A DNA stretch of 64,000 bases from Octopus sinensis (lineage: Eukaryota): positions 12,586,001 to 12,650,000 of the forward strand of contig NC_043021.1 in assembly GCF_006345805.1 (NCBI RefSeq), given 5' to 3'. Below the pieces are notes generated by a model. That model was not told the origin of the DNA, did no database searches, and saw nothing but the letters and a program-made list of their open reading frames with translations. The stretch's first letter is position 1. Every line of letters starts with the position of its first letter. The position numbers and the translations under genes are program-made. Below, in pieces: positions 27,301-41,039 of the stretch.

Positions 27301-30300
27301 TTTTCCTTGTAGTGTGCAGCATATTGCAGTGGTGCAGTAGTGTTGCATGGCTTAGTAACCTGTTGTAGTATGGCAATAGCATCATTTAGAAGTGCAGCAT
27401 TGTTGTGTGTTACTGTTCATGCATAGGAGCTAACATGCAGTGTTGTGCATGACATGTAGTATTGTGCAGTCATAGCATGACATGTAGCATTGTGCAGTAG
27501 TAGTAGTAGTAGTAGTATGGCTTGTAGTAGTGGCAAAACATGTAGCGCTGTGCAGTGATGGTATTATCATATATCACCAGGTACCCTTCTTGACACCAAT
27601 TTTTTTGTTTTCCAAATTAAAGTATTTTATTCTACATCTTCACAACACTGAACTGCCAAGATACCAGACATGTACACCAACCACTATAGCATGTGATGTC
27701 AATATGAGGACATATAAATACGTATACATACATATGTTATTATATATGTGTGCAAAGGCGGAAAACTGGCAGAAACGTTAGCATGCTGGGTAAAATGCTT
27801 AGCGGTATTTCATCTGCCTTTACATTCTGAGTTCAAATTCCGCCAAGGTCGACTTTGCCTTTCATCCTTCCGGGGTCAATAAATTAAGTACCAGTTGCAT
27901 ACTGGGGTCAATGTAATTGACTGGCCCCTTCCTCAAAAATTTTGGTCCTTGTGCCTAGATTAGAAAAGATTATATATGTGTGTATTATATAAGTATGTGT
28001 GTGTGTGTGTGTGTATGTTTATATGTCTGTGTTTGTCCCCCCAACATCACTTGACAACTGATGCTGGTGTGTTTACATCCCCGTATCTTAGTGGTTCGGC
28101 AAAAGAGACCGATAGAATAAGTACTAGGCTTACAAAGAATAAGTTCTGGGGTTGATTTGTTTGACTAAAGGCAGCGCTCCAGCATGGCCACAGTCAAATG
28201 ACTGAAACAAGTAAAGGAGTAAAAGAGTATTAATATGATGTTTGGAGCATAAATTAACAAAGAATTTTGAAGGTAGGTTTTAATTTAGAAAACTTTAAAC
28301 AGAAAGTTTGTATCATATAGAACCAGAGATGGTCTCAGACATGGTATCAAAAGAGTTAAATTGATTTTGAAATCAATGAAGAATTTAACGAGGTAACTTT
28401 GTCATTATTAAACTGGTATTTGGAACATAGATTACATGAAATTTCAATGGAAGGTTTTCCTTTAAGTCACATTAACCCTTTTAATACCAACCCAGCTGAA
28501 ACTGGCTCTGGCTACGGCTCTGTAGTACAAATGTCTTGTTTTCATAAATTTTGAATTAGGTGCAGGAGTGGCTGTGTGCTAAGTAGCTTGTTTACCAACC
28601 ACATGGTTCCGCGTTCAGTCCCACTGCGTGGCACCTTGGACAAGTATTTTCTACTATAGCCTAGGGCTGACCAAAGCCTTGTGAGTGGATTTGGTAGACG
28701 GAAACTGAAAGAAGCCTGTCGTATATATGTATATGTATATATACATGTGTGTGCTTGTCCGCCCCCAACATCGCTTGACAACCGATGCTGGTATGTTTAC
28801 GTCCCTGTAACTTAGCGGTTTGGCAAAAAGTGACCAATAGAATAAGCACTAGGCTTACAAAGAATAAGTCCTGGGGTCGATTTGCTTGACTAAATGTGGT
28901 GCTCCAGCATGGCCGCAGTCAAATGACTGAAACTGGTAAAAGAGTAAAATAGTAAACCATAGCCACAATTTGTGTTCCTAACACTAGCTGTATGATCACT
29001 AAGTTATTTTACTAAACTCTTTGTTATATTTAAAGTAATTGAAAGAGACACAGAGCATCTAAACATAAATACAGTAACAAAAGGGTTAAATCAGGAAGCT
29101 TGTATCATAAGATAAGGTGTTATCTTAGACAGATTGGTATCAAAAGGGTTAAAAATCATAATTCATCTTACCAAATTCATCAAAGACTCTCTGCCTGATC
29201 TCTCCATTATTCCTTTATTTTATAGGTTATTCATTCTTTTCTGATGGCAGTATCAAGATTTTGGCACTTTCTGGGATCCTGCTGGGCATAGGTATTTTTT
29301 TATTGTGTGTGTGTCTGTGCGTCCAAGTCAACCCTATAAAAACACAAAACAAGAATCTGGATTCAAAACTGGTACCAAACTGCTTCTGTGAAGGGCAGGG
29401 GACAATTATTTTTTGTATAACATAAATTTTTATCACTTCACCAAGTAATAATTTATATTATCTTCACAAATCATTTGATATCGTCAATGCTGATATCTGG
29501 TTTAATATTTGATACTCTTTTTCTCAACCCTCACCCATGAATTTAGTTTATAAAATAACATCTCTCTCACTGACCAATACATGTGATAACATTGAATCAC
29601 TGTTTGTTTGTTTTTTGCTTTTATAGTGACTTGTTATCTCCTGCTTTATTTCTGCACGCCACTTTTGTTGAACACTCACTTACCCTTGCATTTTGATTAA
29701 GTTTGTCCTGAACATCCATGCCCATTTTCAGACATTTTAATTATCCCATGTTTCACATATTCTGAGTAACATAAGGCTTTCCTTTCATAAGTCCCAAGTC
29801 ACTCTGGTGCTATTTTCCTCAACATCCATGCTTGTTTCCAGACTTTCAGTTAGCCCTTGTTTTCCATACATTCTGGATAATATAAAACTTTCCTTTCATA
29901 AGTACCAAGTTACTCTGGTGGTTGAAAAAAATGGGAATATTTATTATATATGATGCATGGACATCAGGGAAGTAAGTTCTGTGTGTCACATGTGATACAT
30001 AGAATAAGTAAAGGGTTAATTAAAATACACAAGGGTTCTTAATTATATTGAATATTAACCTTTTGCCTATCCAAGTCATTTTCATAAGTTTGTCCTAAAA
30101 AATCAATGCTTGTTTTTCATATGTTCTGAATAAAATAAAACTCTTCCTTTCATAAGTTCTCAACTCATGCTGGTGGTTGAAAAAAAATTAGGAATGTGTA
30201 TCATAAATGATATATGGATGACTGGGAAATAAGTCTTATGTATCACATGATACACAGGACAGGCAGAAGGTTAAGTATTTACCTGTTCACCTGAGCATTC

Positions 30301-33300
30301 TCATACTCTCTTGATAACTTTCCATATCATGGTAATTTCATCACCAAGACAATTGCATATTTAAGTCGTATGACCTTTGACATTACACCATCTGCTTGCT
30401 TCTTTCAATATTTTGATGTCTATAAGGCGTTAGCATGCTTATTTGGCATTTTGTCCATCTTTACGTTCTGAGTTCAGCTACTGCCGAGGTAGACTTTGCC
30501 TTTCATTCTTTCAGGGTTGGTAAATTAAGTACCAGTCAAGCACTGAGGTCAATGTAATCGACTAGCCTGCTCCGCCAAAATTTCAAATCAATATTTGATG
30601 TCTATTTTCAGCTCAACTAACTTCCCATTCTGTGGCTTTCTAAGATCACACATTTGGACTAAGAGAAACTCTTTATTATCACATGCCTGAACAACTTATT
30701 ATCATCCATGCATATCCCTCAATATCACACCTTTATATCGGGTTGTCCGGAAAGTTTGTGCCGATTCATAGTAGCTTACCTTTCAACTTATTTTAGAACA
30801 CGGTTGAGTCCATAAAATAGGATTTGACTACACCTCCATTCAGAGCACAGTTTAAGCTATCTTTTCGTGGAAGAAGGTTTATGTTCCTATAACCTGTGTT
30901 AATTTTGTAAACCTTTAAAATGGAAGATAAGAAAGTTCATTTTCGGCACTTGATGCTTTGGGAACCAGACAAAAATTGCTGCAGCTTGGCTGGGATGTGT
31001 TACCCCACCTTCCATATTCACCAGATATTGCTCCTTTGGATTTCCATTTATTCAGGTCTCAGCAGCTCAACTGATGCAACAACTCAAGCACATTTTTTAC
31101 AAACAATAGGATCTCTCTTAACTCAAAAAGTCTTACCACTTTGTTAGCAACTGGTTTTGAAATCTCTCAAGAACTTAAATAACACTCAAAGGGAAAACAT
31201 ATGTGCATGCACACACGCACACACCGAAACAACCACCTGTTTTTAAACACCAGGAACTCTCTTAATTCAAAAAGTCTTGTTGCTTTGTTAGCAGCTGGCT
31301 TGAACTCTTTTAAGAACTTAAATAAAACATACATACGTGTGGGTTCCTTGTTAATGAGCTACACTAATGATCCATGTTAATGATCTTGCCTTTAACTACA
31401 CTTTGCTGTGAAAATTACAATTTGGTGTAGCATTCCCCACCACCACCACCACCACCACCAGCAGTACCATCTACCCCCCATACACACACATGCAACACAC
31501 CGCATTTGAGGACTTTACATCTACTGCACAGTAAAGGTTTCCATTTCATGGCTCCATTACTTCCAATTGTACAAACCAAAATAAGGATCCTCTATATAGT
31601 CGTTAGAATTGCTAGAAACAGCAGCTAATTCTCCCCTGTACCACACCCAATGTCTTAGAAAAAAAAGGACACCTTGTCTTCAGTTGAAGAAAGCGGGGGC
31701 AATGCCCCTGACCTTCTTCAGGATCTTTGAGACTGGTGGGATCATTGAAGGCTATACTCAGACCAGAAACCTGGCCTATACAACAGAATGGGGTCTACTA
31801 AAGGTACTCAAAACCTGCTGGTGACAGATTAATTCTACAACTCAAGGCCAGGAATGATCCTATCATGCAGTTTCTGTCCATCAAATATCACTCATGAAGC
31901 TTTAGTCAACCAGTAAAAGACACTTGCTCAAGGTCCCAAGTAATAGGACCAGACATAAAACTGCATAACTACCAAGCGATCTTTTTAACCCTTTAATATT
32001 TAAGCTGGTCATATCTGACTCAAATATTCTACCTGTCTCATGTTCAAATCAGTCAGATCCAGCATCTTACACCAACCCCAAAGGGTTTGACTGGCCTCTC
32101 ACACCTAAACATTGAATGGCTATGGGGGTCTACCTGAATAAAATAGTAATCAAAAGCGTTCATAGATAAAAAATAGTTGAGAAACCCTGCTTTAGACTGT
32201 GGGTTCCAGTTCTTTGTATCCTGAATGCATATCCCATGACCCTTTTAACCCTTTAGTATTTAAACCGGCCATATCCGACCAAAATAGTTAATCTGTTTTA
32301 TGTTCAAACTGTCCAGATCCAGGCTCTCACACCTACCCTACAATGTTATTCTACATTAAGTAATTACACCATCAAGATCTTGAAGATATGAGATAATGCA
32401 TGATTAATTCAAATCAATGTGAATCAATAAGCATTGTTTGATAGAATAATCTGAACACTAAAGGGTTAAATTAAACAATTACATCATCGAAATCTCAAAG
32501 CTACAAGTTAATACTTGATCAATTCAAAACGATGAGAATAAATAAGGCATTACATTTGACAGAGCATACTTTGGAAGTATGCTGTGTGTGAGAAGACCCG
32601 GCAGGACAAGTGAGACCATAACCCGTGGCCTCTATCTGGGATGTAGCCAGTCCACTTATGCATACCTTTCCTTCTTGGGATACAAAACTCTACTTGTGAA
32701 GACCTGTTGAGGCAAGTGAAAATCAAAATCGAAATCGATCAACATCAATGGAAATTGTAGCTGTGATACCAGTGCCGGTGGTACGTAAGAAAACCATCTG
32801 AACGTGGCCGTCGCCAGCGCTGCCCCGACTGGCCTCATGCCGGTGGCATGTAAAAAGCACGATCCGATCGTGGCTGTTGCCAGCCTCACCTGGACCCCAT
32901 GCCGGTGGCACGTAAAAAGCACCATCCGATTGTGACCTTTTACCAGCCCCTCGTCTGGCACATAAAGGCACCCACTACACTCATGGAGTGGTTGGTGTTA
33001 AGAAGGGCATCCAGCCGTAGAAACATTGCCAAGTCAGACTGGGCCTGGTGCAGCCTTCTGGCTTCCCAGACCCCAGTTGAACCGTCCAACCCATGCTAGC
33101 ATGGAAAGCGGATGCTAAACGATGATGATGATGATGAATCTGAATGCTCTGCAGCCAACCAAGTGATCTTCATCCATGCTCTGCATCAGAATTGATCAAG
33201 TAATTCTGGATATTTCTCTGAAAGACTGGATGGTTGAGGCCTATGTGTGTGTGTGTGTGGGGGGGGGTTCTAAACACCAATAATAACTTATAATAGTCAC

Positions 33301-35088
33301 ATGACAGTTTTTCTCTTCTCTTTTCTGTGTTTCAAACCCAGGCAGGATACCATGGATCAACAAATGTGCTTCACTGGCTCCTCGCTCACACGACTGTTAG
33401 GGCCGCCGCTGCTGCTGGTGATAAAACTGCTGCTGCTGTTGGTCCAAATACTCAAGATGGTGATTTTGTCTTTCGTATTTATTCTTACTTTTTACCGTTG
33501 CTCTTAATACAAAAGTGAACTGGCAGAATCATTAGAGCGTCGGACAAAATACTTCATAGTATTTGTTCCAGCTCTCAACAATCTGAGTTCATATCCCACC
33601 AGAGTCAGCTTTACTTTTCATCCTTTATCTACTACTCTGCTTAATTAAGCCTCACACTCTCTCCTGAGCATAGGCCATTGACACCTTTTCCCCACCGTTC
33701 TCAACTCTTGGATGTCTTTTCTGCTTCTTTCCAGTTGGACCCCTGCTTTTCCAGCTCAGCATCAATATCTAACCACCAGCTATTTTCAGGATGTCTTCTC
33801 TTGTCTTATTTGTGGCTTTCAAGTCAGGTCCTGATGAGTAATGCAGGATATTAGTTCCCTCACTTTCAAATTTTGAAGCTATCTGACACCTTGCTGACAA
33901 AGGACTGAGACATCTGGCACCTTGCTGTGCTCAAGAAGACCTGTCTGTGACAGCAGAATAGATACAGGTGCTGGTGCCACATAAAAAGCACCCAGTACAC
34001 TCTGTAAAGCGGTTGGTGTTAGGAAGGGCGTCCAGCTGTAGAAACCTTGCCCAAAGCATATACTGAAGTCTGGTGCAACCCTTGGCCTTACAGGATCTGG
34101 TCAAACCATCCAACCCATGCCAGCATGGAAAACAGACATTAAACAATGATGATGTGTTGTATGTTTTCCTGAGGAATGGCCTTCTCCCAGATTTTGAATT
34201 GTTGTCAATGCTTCTGTGACTTTGCTTTTTCTTGGTATGGGTGTTAGCCTTATGCAAACCCCTTTTTATCTCAGGGACGAAGATGATCCATATTCATTTG
34301 GCTTCTACCCTTTGACTTGCCCAGCATGGGAGGCCCTACTAGAAACTTGCACTCCACTGGCATAGCTCTCAGGGTCATCAAGGCATGCAAACCATCACAT
34401 CATAACAAGGACTGGACCTTGTGATGGCTGTTATCCTTTAGGGGTTGATAAAAATGTATTAATCCAGATTAATGACTTGGAAGAACTGTTAGAGAGATGG
34501 AGGTGATGCCTTGTAATTTTTGTACTGGCTCAGTAACACATGTGATGACTATTCCATTACAATTAATATGCCTTCACATTGAAACTAGGACTCTCATAAT
34601 AGTCAACATTTTGCCACATTCCAGCTAATACCTCTCACATTTTAGTTAATGCTATTTCACATTACAATTAAGACCATTGTTAAAACTCTGTCACATCGTA
34701 GTGAGGAAAAGTTAGCTGACATTAGAGTTAACCTTTTAGCATTTAAGCCAGCCATATCCAGCCCAAAATGTTCTGTCTGTTTTATGTTCAAACTTGCCAG
34801 AACTGATCTCTCACACCTACCTGACAATGTCATTCAAATCATAAACAATCACATAGAAATCTCAAAGCTCCAAGATACTTTTTTACTCTTACTTGTTTCA
34901 GTCATTTGACTGCAGCCATGCTGGAGCACTGCCTTTAGTCGAGCAAATCGACCCCAAGACTTATTCTTTGGAAGCCTAGTACTTATTCTATCAGTCTCTT
35001 TTGCCGAACCGCTAAGTTACGGGGAGGTAAACATACCAGCATCAGTTGTCAAGCAATGTTGGGGTGAAAAACACAGACACACAAACAT

Positions 35089-35138
<50 letters not shown>

Positions 35139-38038
35139 GACGGGCTTCTTTCAGTTTCCATCTACCAAATCCACTTACAAGGCTTTGGTCGGCCCAAGGC
35201 TATAGTAAAAGACACTTGCCCAAGGTGCCATGCAGTGGGGACTGAACCCGATACTATGCAGTTTGTAAGCAAGCTACTTACCACACAGCCACTCCTACAC
35301 CTTTAATGCATGATCAGTTCAAAACAATGAGAATAAATATGCATTACATTTGGCAGAGTAATCTGAATGCTAAAGGGTTATAGCTAAGACCCCCATCAAG
35401 TTTAATCAGTTCCTAAATACATGAAACAGAAGACTAACTTGGCCATTGTCAATGTCACATTGTTCAATTAAAAGGGAGTGGAAACACAGTGGGGCACCTA
35501 GCCGCAAAGAGAGGCAAAGCAGAATGTTTCAGCTGTTATCTGAACTATGGAGGAAATCTAAAAATCACCAACGCAATGAATGACACCCCTATGGACCTTG
35601 CCAAAAGCTCTGGACATTTAGGGATCATGCAGAAAGCTGGTAAGTTTATAATAAACACACGTCTTTTGATTTCAGTATTTCCAGTTTTGCTTTTGTTATT
35701 CTTCAGGCTGGGCAAACATGTTTCGGTGGAATTCTGGTTTAAATACTTCATACAACCCCTTGTAATTTTCTCATGTTTTGGAATTTCCGGAAAACTTTTG
35801 CAAATTTGTGTTCTACATACAGGAATTTATACTCTTTACTCTCTCACTTGTTTCAGTCATTTGACTGTGGCCATGCTGGAGCACCGCCTTTAGTTGAGCA
35901 AATCGACCCCAGGACTTATTCTTTGTAAGTCTAGTATTTATTCCAATAGTCTCTTTTGCCAAACCGCTAAGTTACAGGGACGTAAACACACCACTATCGG
36001 TTGTCAAGCGATGTTGGGGGGACAAACAAACACACACGCACATATATATATATATGTATACGACAAGCTTCTTTCAGTTTCTGTCTACCAAATCCACTCA
36101 CAAGGCTTTGATCAGCCTGAGGCTATAGTAGAAGACACTTGCCCAAGGTGCCATGCAGTGGGAATGAACCCAGAACCATGTGGTTGGTAAGCAAGCTACT
36201 TATCACACAACCATGCCTGACAAAGAATATTTTTTTTAAATATTTCAAACTCACCCCATCCTCAATCCTTAAACTTCCACTCTTTTTTGAATTTCTTTTT
36301 AAAAATCAGTTTGAAATATGGACAGTCCGAATTTTTTGCTTAAATCCCAGCAATGGATCATTAAATGTGTTTACGGGGAGAAAAATATTGAAAAAACATC
36401 AATACATGTCAGAGTGACAAAGAAACAAGAAAGGTATCAGGTGGTCATGGGATGTGCTAAAAATAACAGCTAAATGGCCCTTAAATCACAATTTTTTTCT
36501 TTTTTTTTTGCAAAATGGAATGAATTATTGTGTAGAACACAAATTTGCGAAAATTCTCTGAAAATTTCAAAAAATGAAAAAGCGATGAGAGCTTATCTGG
36601 GGTGCTATTGGGTGCTTGAACCAGAATTCTGGCCATGTTTCATCTGGTTTGCTTATAGGAGTGGGCAGTGGGGCAGGAGGGAGTCAAATAATGTTTTGAT
36701 TGGGACTTGGTTGGTTCTTTAGATAAAGCAGAAGAATGATGAAGAGAAGTAGGAGGAAGATCATCATCGTCATCCTCATCACCACCACTACAACCATCAT
36801 CATCATCACCATCATCATTATCACCATCACCATCATTATCATCATCGTAATTATCACCATCATCATCAGCATCATTTATTGTCTGTTTTCTACACTGGGA
36901 TGAGTTGGACAGATTGACAAGATCCAGTGAACCATCACAGGAGTGTTTTGGGTTCCAATGTCAGCTTTGAGATGTTTTCTATGGCTGGATGTCCTTCCTA
37001 ACTTTTATGGAAATGCTTTACACAGCTATGTCACTAGTGAGGTTTTACCAAGCAACTAGCAAGACAAGACCCACATCAATTTAGGATGGAGTAGTATTGA
37101 GGCGGGGTGGCACACACAGAGACACCAACACTCATGCAAGTCCTCATACACACACTCTCACAAGCCTTCATACACACATACAAACGCACAGTCACACACA
37201 CTTTCACAAGCTTTCATACACACACATACACACACTCTCACAAGCCTTCATACACACAGTCACGCAAACTTTCACAAGCTTTCATACACACACTTACACA
37301 CACTCTCACAAGCCTTCATACACACATACAAATGCACAGTCACATACACTTTCACAAGCTTTCATACACACGCAAACACACATACATACACTCACACAAG
37401 CCCTCATACACACACATAGAGACACGCGCACAGGTACACACATACTCTCACAAGTCTTCATAGACACACAAACACACACTCACACTAGCCTTCGTACACA
37501 TACACACATTCTCACAAACCTTCATACATGCACACAAACACATATTTACGCACACTCACACACAAGCCCTCATACATATACACACACACAATCACTCACA
37601 TTAGACTCCCATACATCACCTTGTACACACATTCCACTCGTTCAAACACCACCCTTAATAACTCAACAATACCACCCCATGTCACAAATTTCACACAAAT
37701 ACCCCTTGTCTACATCTACCACACCTTCAAAAGACCCCCCTCCCTCACAAACTACACCCTCATACCCCTGCATATCACACCTGTAAATCTCACAGATATT
37801 CCCCACTTACACACTGTACTTACAAGCCTCCACATACATACACACATACATCCTGTATGCACAAACACACACTCTTATAATTTATGCACGAGCATACATT
37901 AACATACATAATGTTGTCGTATCACTTACATCTGCCTATATTTTATCTGTTTCGGTCATAGGGTTGTGACCATAAAATATTAATACTTTACACTGACAAG
38001 AAGACACAGACACATGCACATACTCAGCTCTAAGCAAG

Positions 38039-38071
<33 letters not shown>

Positions 38072-41001
38072 TTGCATACACACACACTTACACACACTCA
38101 CATACACACACATACACACTCACACACATTCTCACACTCACATGCACACACACTCACATACTCACAGACACACCCACACACACACTCACAGATTCATACA
38201 CGCACTCACACAGACACCAACATCCTCTCAACGATTAGCTAGAGATGATTTTTAAAATGAGAATATTTGAAATAAACTTGACTGCTCTCACTAACAAGAA
38301 CACTAAAAATGAACCTGATCGCTCTCAAAAATTAAGTAAGAAAACCAGAAAAATAATCCAGAATCTTTGTCTGGTACCAGATTGATCCCAAAATCTAACC
38401 AGTTTGTGCCAGTCACAAGGCCAAACATCCCTGAAAGTTTTGTTCGAATCAGTCCAGTGGTTCTTGAGATATCTTGTCCACATACAAACAAACAAATACG
38501 ACTGAAAACAATACTTCTGCCTTCGCTAAGGTGGAGGTAATAAGTACTAAGCTTTAAAAAAAAAAAGATAAGTCCTGAGATCAATTTTGTTCAACTAAGA
38601 AACCCTTCAGGAGTGGCTGTGTGGTATGTAGTTTGTTTACCAACCACATGGTTCTGGGTTCAGTTCCACTGCATGGCACCTTGGGCGAGTGTCTTTTACT
38701 ATAGTTTTGGGCTGACCAAAGCCTTCTGAGTGGATTTTGGTAGACGGAAACTGAAAGAAGCCCGTCGTAAAAAGCACCCACTACACTCATGGAGTGGTTG
38801 GCGTTAGGAAGGGCATCCAGCCGTAGAAACACTGCCAGATCAGACTGGACCTGGTGCAGCCTTCTGGCTTCCCAGACCCCAGTTGAACCGTCCAACCCAT
38901 GCTAGCATGGAAAGCGGACACTAAACGATGATGATGATGATGATGATGATGATGATATTTATGTGTTTGTATCTTTGTGTCTGTGTTTGTCCCCTGCCAT
39001 CATCGCTTGACAACCGATGCTGGTGTGTTTGTGACCCCATAACTTAGCGGTTCAGCAAATCAACTGATAAAATAAGTACTAGGCTTACAACGAATAAGTC
39101 TGGGAGGGTCAATTTGTTCGACTAAAGGTGGTGCTCCAGCATGGCCGTAGTCAAATGAGAGAACCAATGTGGCAAAAGATAATTTACAATCTAGTTTATT
39201 TCAGAAGTATATTTACATACATTTTCCAATTATACACCCAACCAATATGCACGTAGGAATTCATGTATAAACACTCTCTTACACACAGACACAGGTTCAA
39301 GTGTTGCATATACTCATATATGTTGTATTTGCTTGGCTATAACGGTATGAAGCGACAAACTCCCCCCCTTTTATTTTCATGTTACACCTGGCAACGGAAT
39401 TATTCTTAACACACCTTTGCTTCTTTAGTAAACATGTTTGTTTGCAGTATTTACAAAAAAAAAAACAAATAATTTTTAAAAGGCCTGTGAATTTTGTATA
39501 GAATATTGCTGGGGCTAACACTGGTCACAACTTCCATTTGGGCAGACCTTCAAAATGTGTTTATGCACTTATTGTTGTTGACGTCATCATTTGTGGTGGT
39601 GGTGGTCATTGTGGTTTTGGTGGTGGTGGTCATGGTTGTTGTTGTTGTTAAGCAACAAGACGGGTAAGGGTGATTAGGTGATGGTCTAAGGCTTAGGGGC
39701 AGGAGACCCCACACCTTGGAAAAAAAAAAAACTTTGGTCGTCTTGTTGTAGTCGAGGGCTCTTCGTTGACGCCCGACACCACTGGGAGGTGGCCCTTGAA
39801 GTCACTGGAAATGGAGATCTCCAGGTCCAAATTCTTGGATGACTGATGATGATGGTGGTGGTGGTGGTGGTGGTGGTGGTGGTGTTGGGGTTGGCACTGA
39901 TGGCTATGGTGATTGTACAGTATCAGCATTGTTGCCTTGCCTCACCTCAGCCCAAATCAAGCAGACTGATGACCAAAAGCATTGTAGCCAGCCATGACTT
40001 CCCCACTTTTTATTTCTCTTTGTACAGCTAAGATTACATTTGCTCTGTTACGTATCCTTCCATTTTTAAAACGGTATGGAGTGATTCAAGTGACATTTGG
40101 TTGCAATTTCTTATTTCTTTATTGCCCACAGGGGACTAAACATAGAGGGGACAAACAAGGACAGACAAACAGATTAAGTCAATTACATCGACCCCAGTGC
40201 ATAACTGGTACTTGATTTATAAAGGCGACGAGCTGGCAGAAACGTTACCACGCTGGGCAAAATGCTCAGCGGTATTTCGTCTGTCGTTACGTTGTGAGTT
40301 CAAATTCCGCCACGGTCAACTTTGCCTTTCATCCTTTCAGGGTCGATAAATTAAGTACCAGTTACACACGGGTCGATGTAATCGACTTAATACCTATGTC
40401 TGTCCTTGTTTGTCCCCTCTATGTTTAGCCCCTTGTGGGTAATAAAGAAATAGGTACTTGATTTATCAACCCCCAAAAGGGATGAAATGCAAAATCGACC
40501 TTGGTAGAATTTGAGCTCAGAATGTCAAGATAGATGAAATACTGCTAAGCATTTCACCCGGCGTGCTAACGTTTCTGCCAGCTTGCTGCCTTGGTTGCCA
40601 TTTCTAGCAGGTTTATAGACTGCATGGAGGTCCACTCATTAGCTTGCATTGTTGTTGTTGTTGTTGTTTTAGCCCTGTATCACAGTCCAACAGAGACCAA
40701 TCCAAACTTCTTTCCAACTATGGTTAGCATACAGGAAACAACACACTCTGATGTGGCCTATTCCAAGATACTAATGTCCAATTTGAAAGAGATTTGTCTA
40801 TATCATTATCAGCATCATCATCATTTAACGTTAGTTTTCCATGTTGGCATGGCTGGGACAGTTTGTCTGGAGCCTGGTAGGGCCAAGGTCTGCACCAGTC
40901 TCCATTGTCTGCTCTGATGTAGTTTCTACGGCTGGGTGCCCTTTCTAACGCCAACCATGTCAATGATTTTTATGTGTCACCAGCACTGGTGTCAATTCTG
41001 A

Positions 41002-41039
<38 letters not shown>

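Noticed and set aside
37097-38238. His/Thr-rich ORFs up to 229 aa
   Set aside because: Translations of the CA-rich minisatellite.
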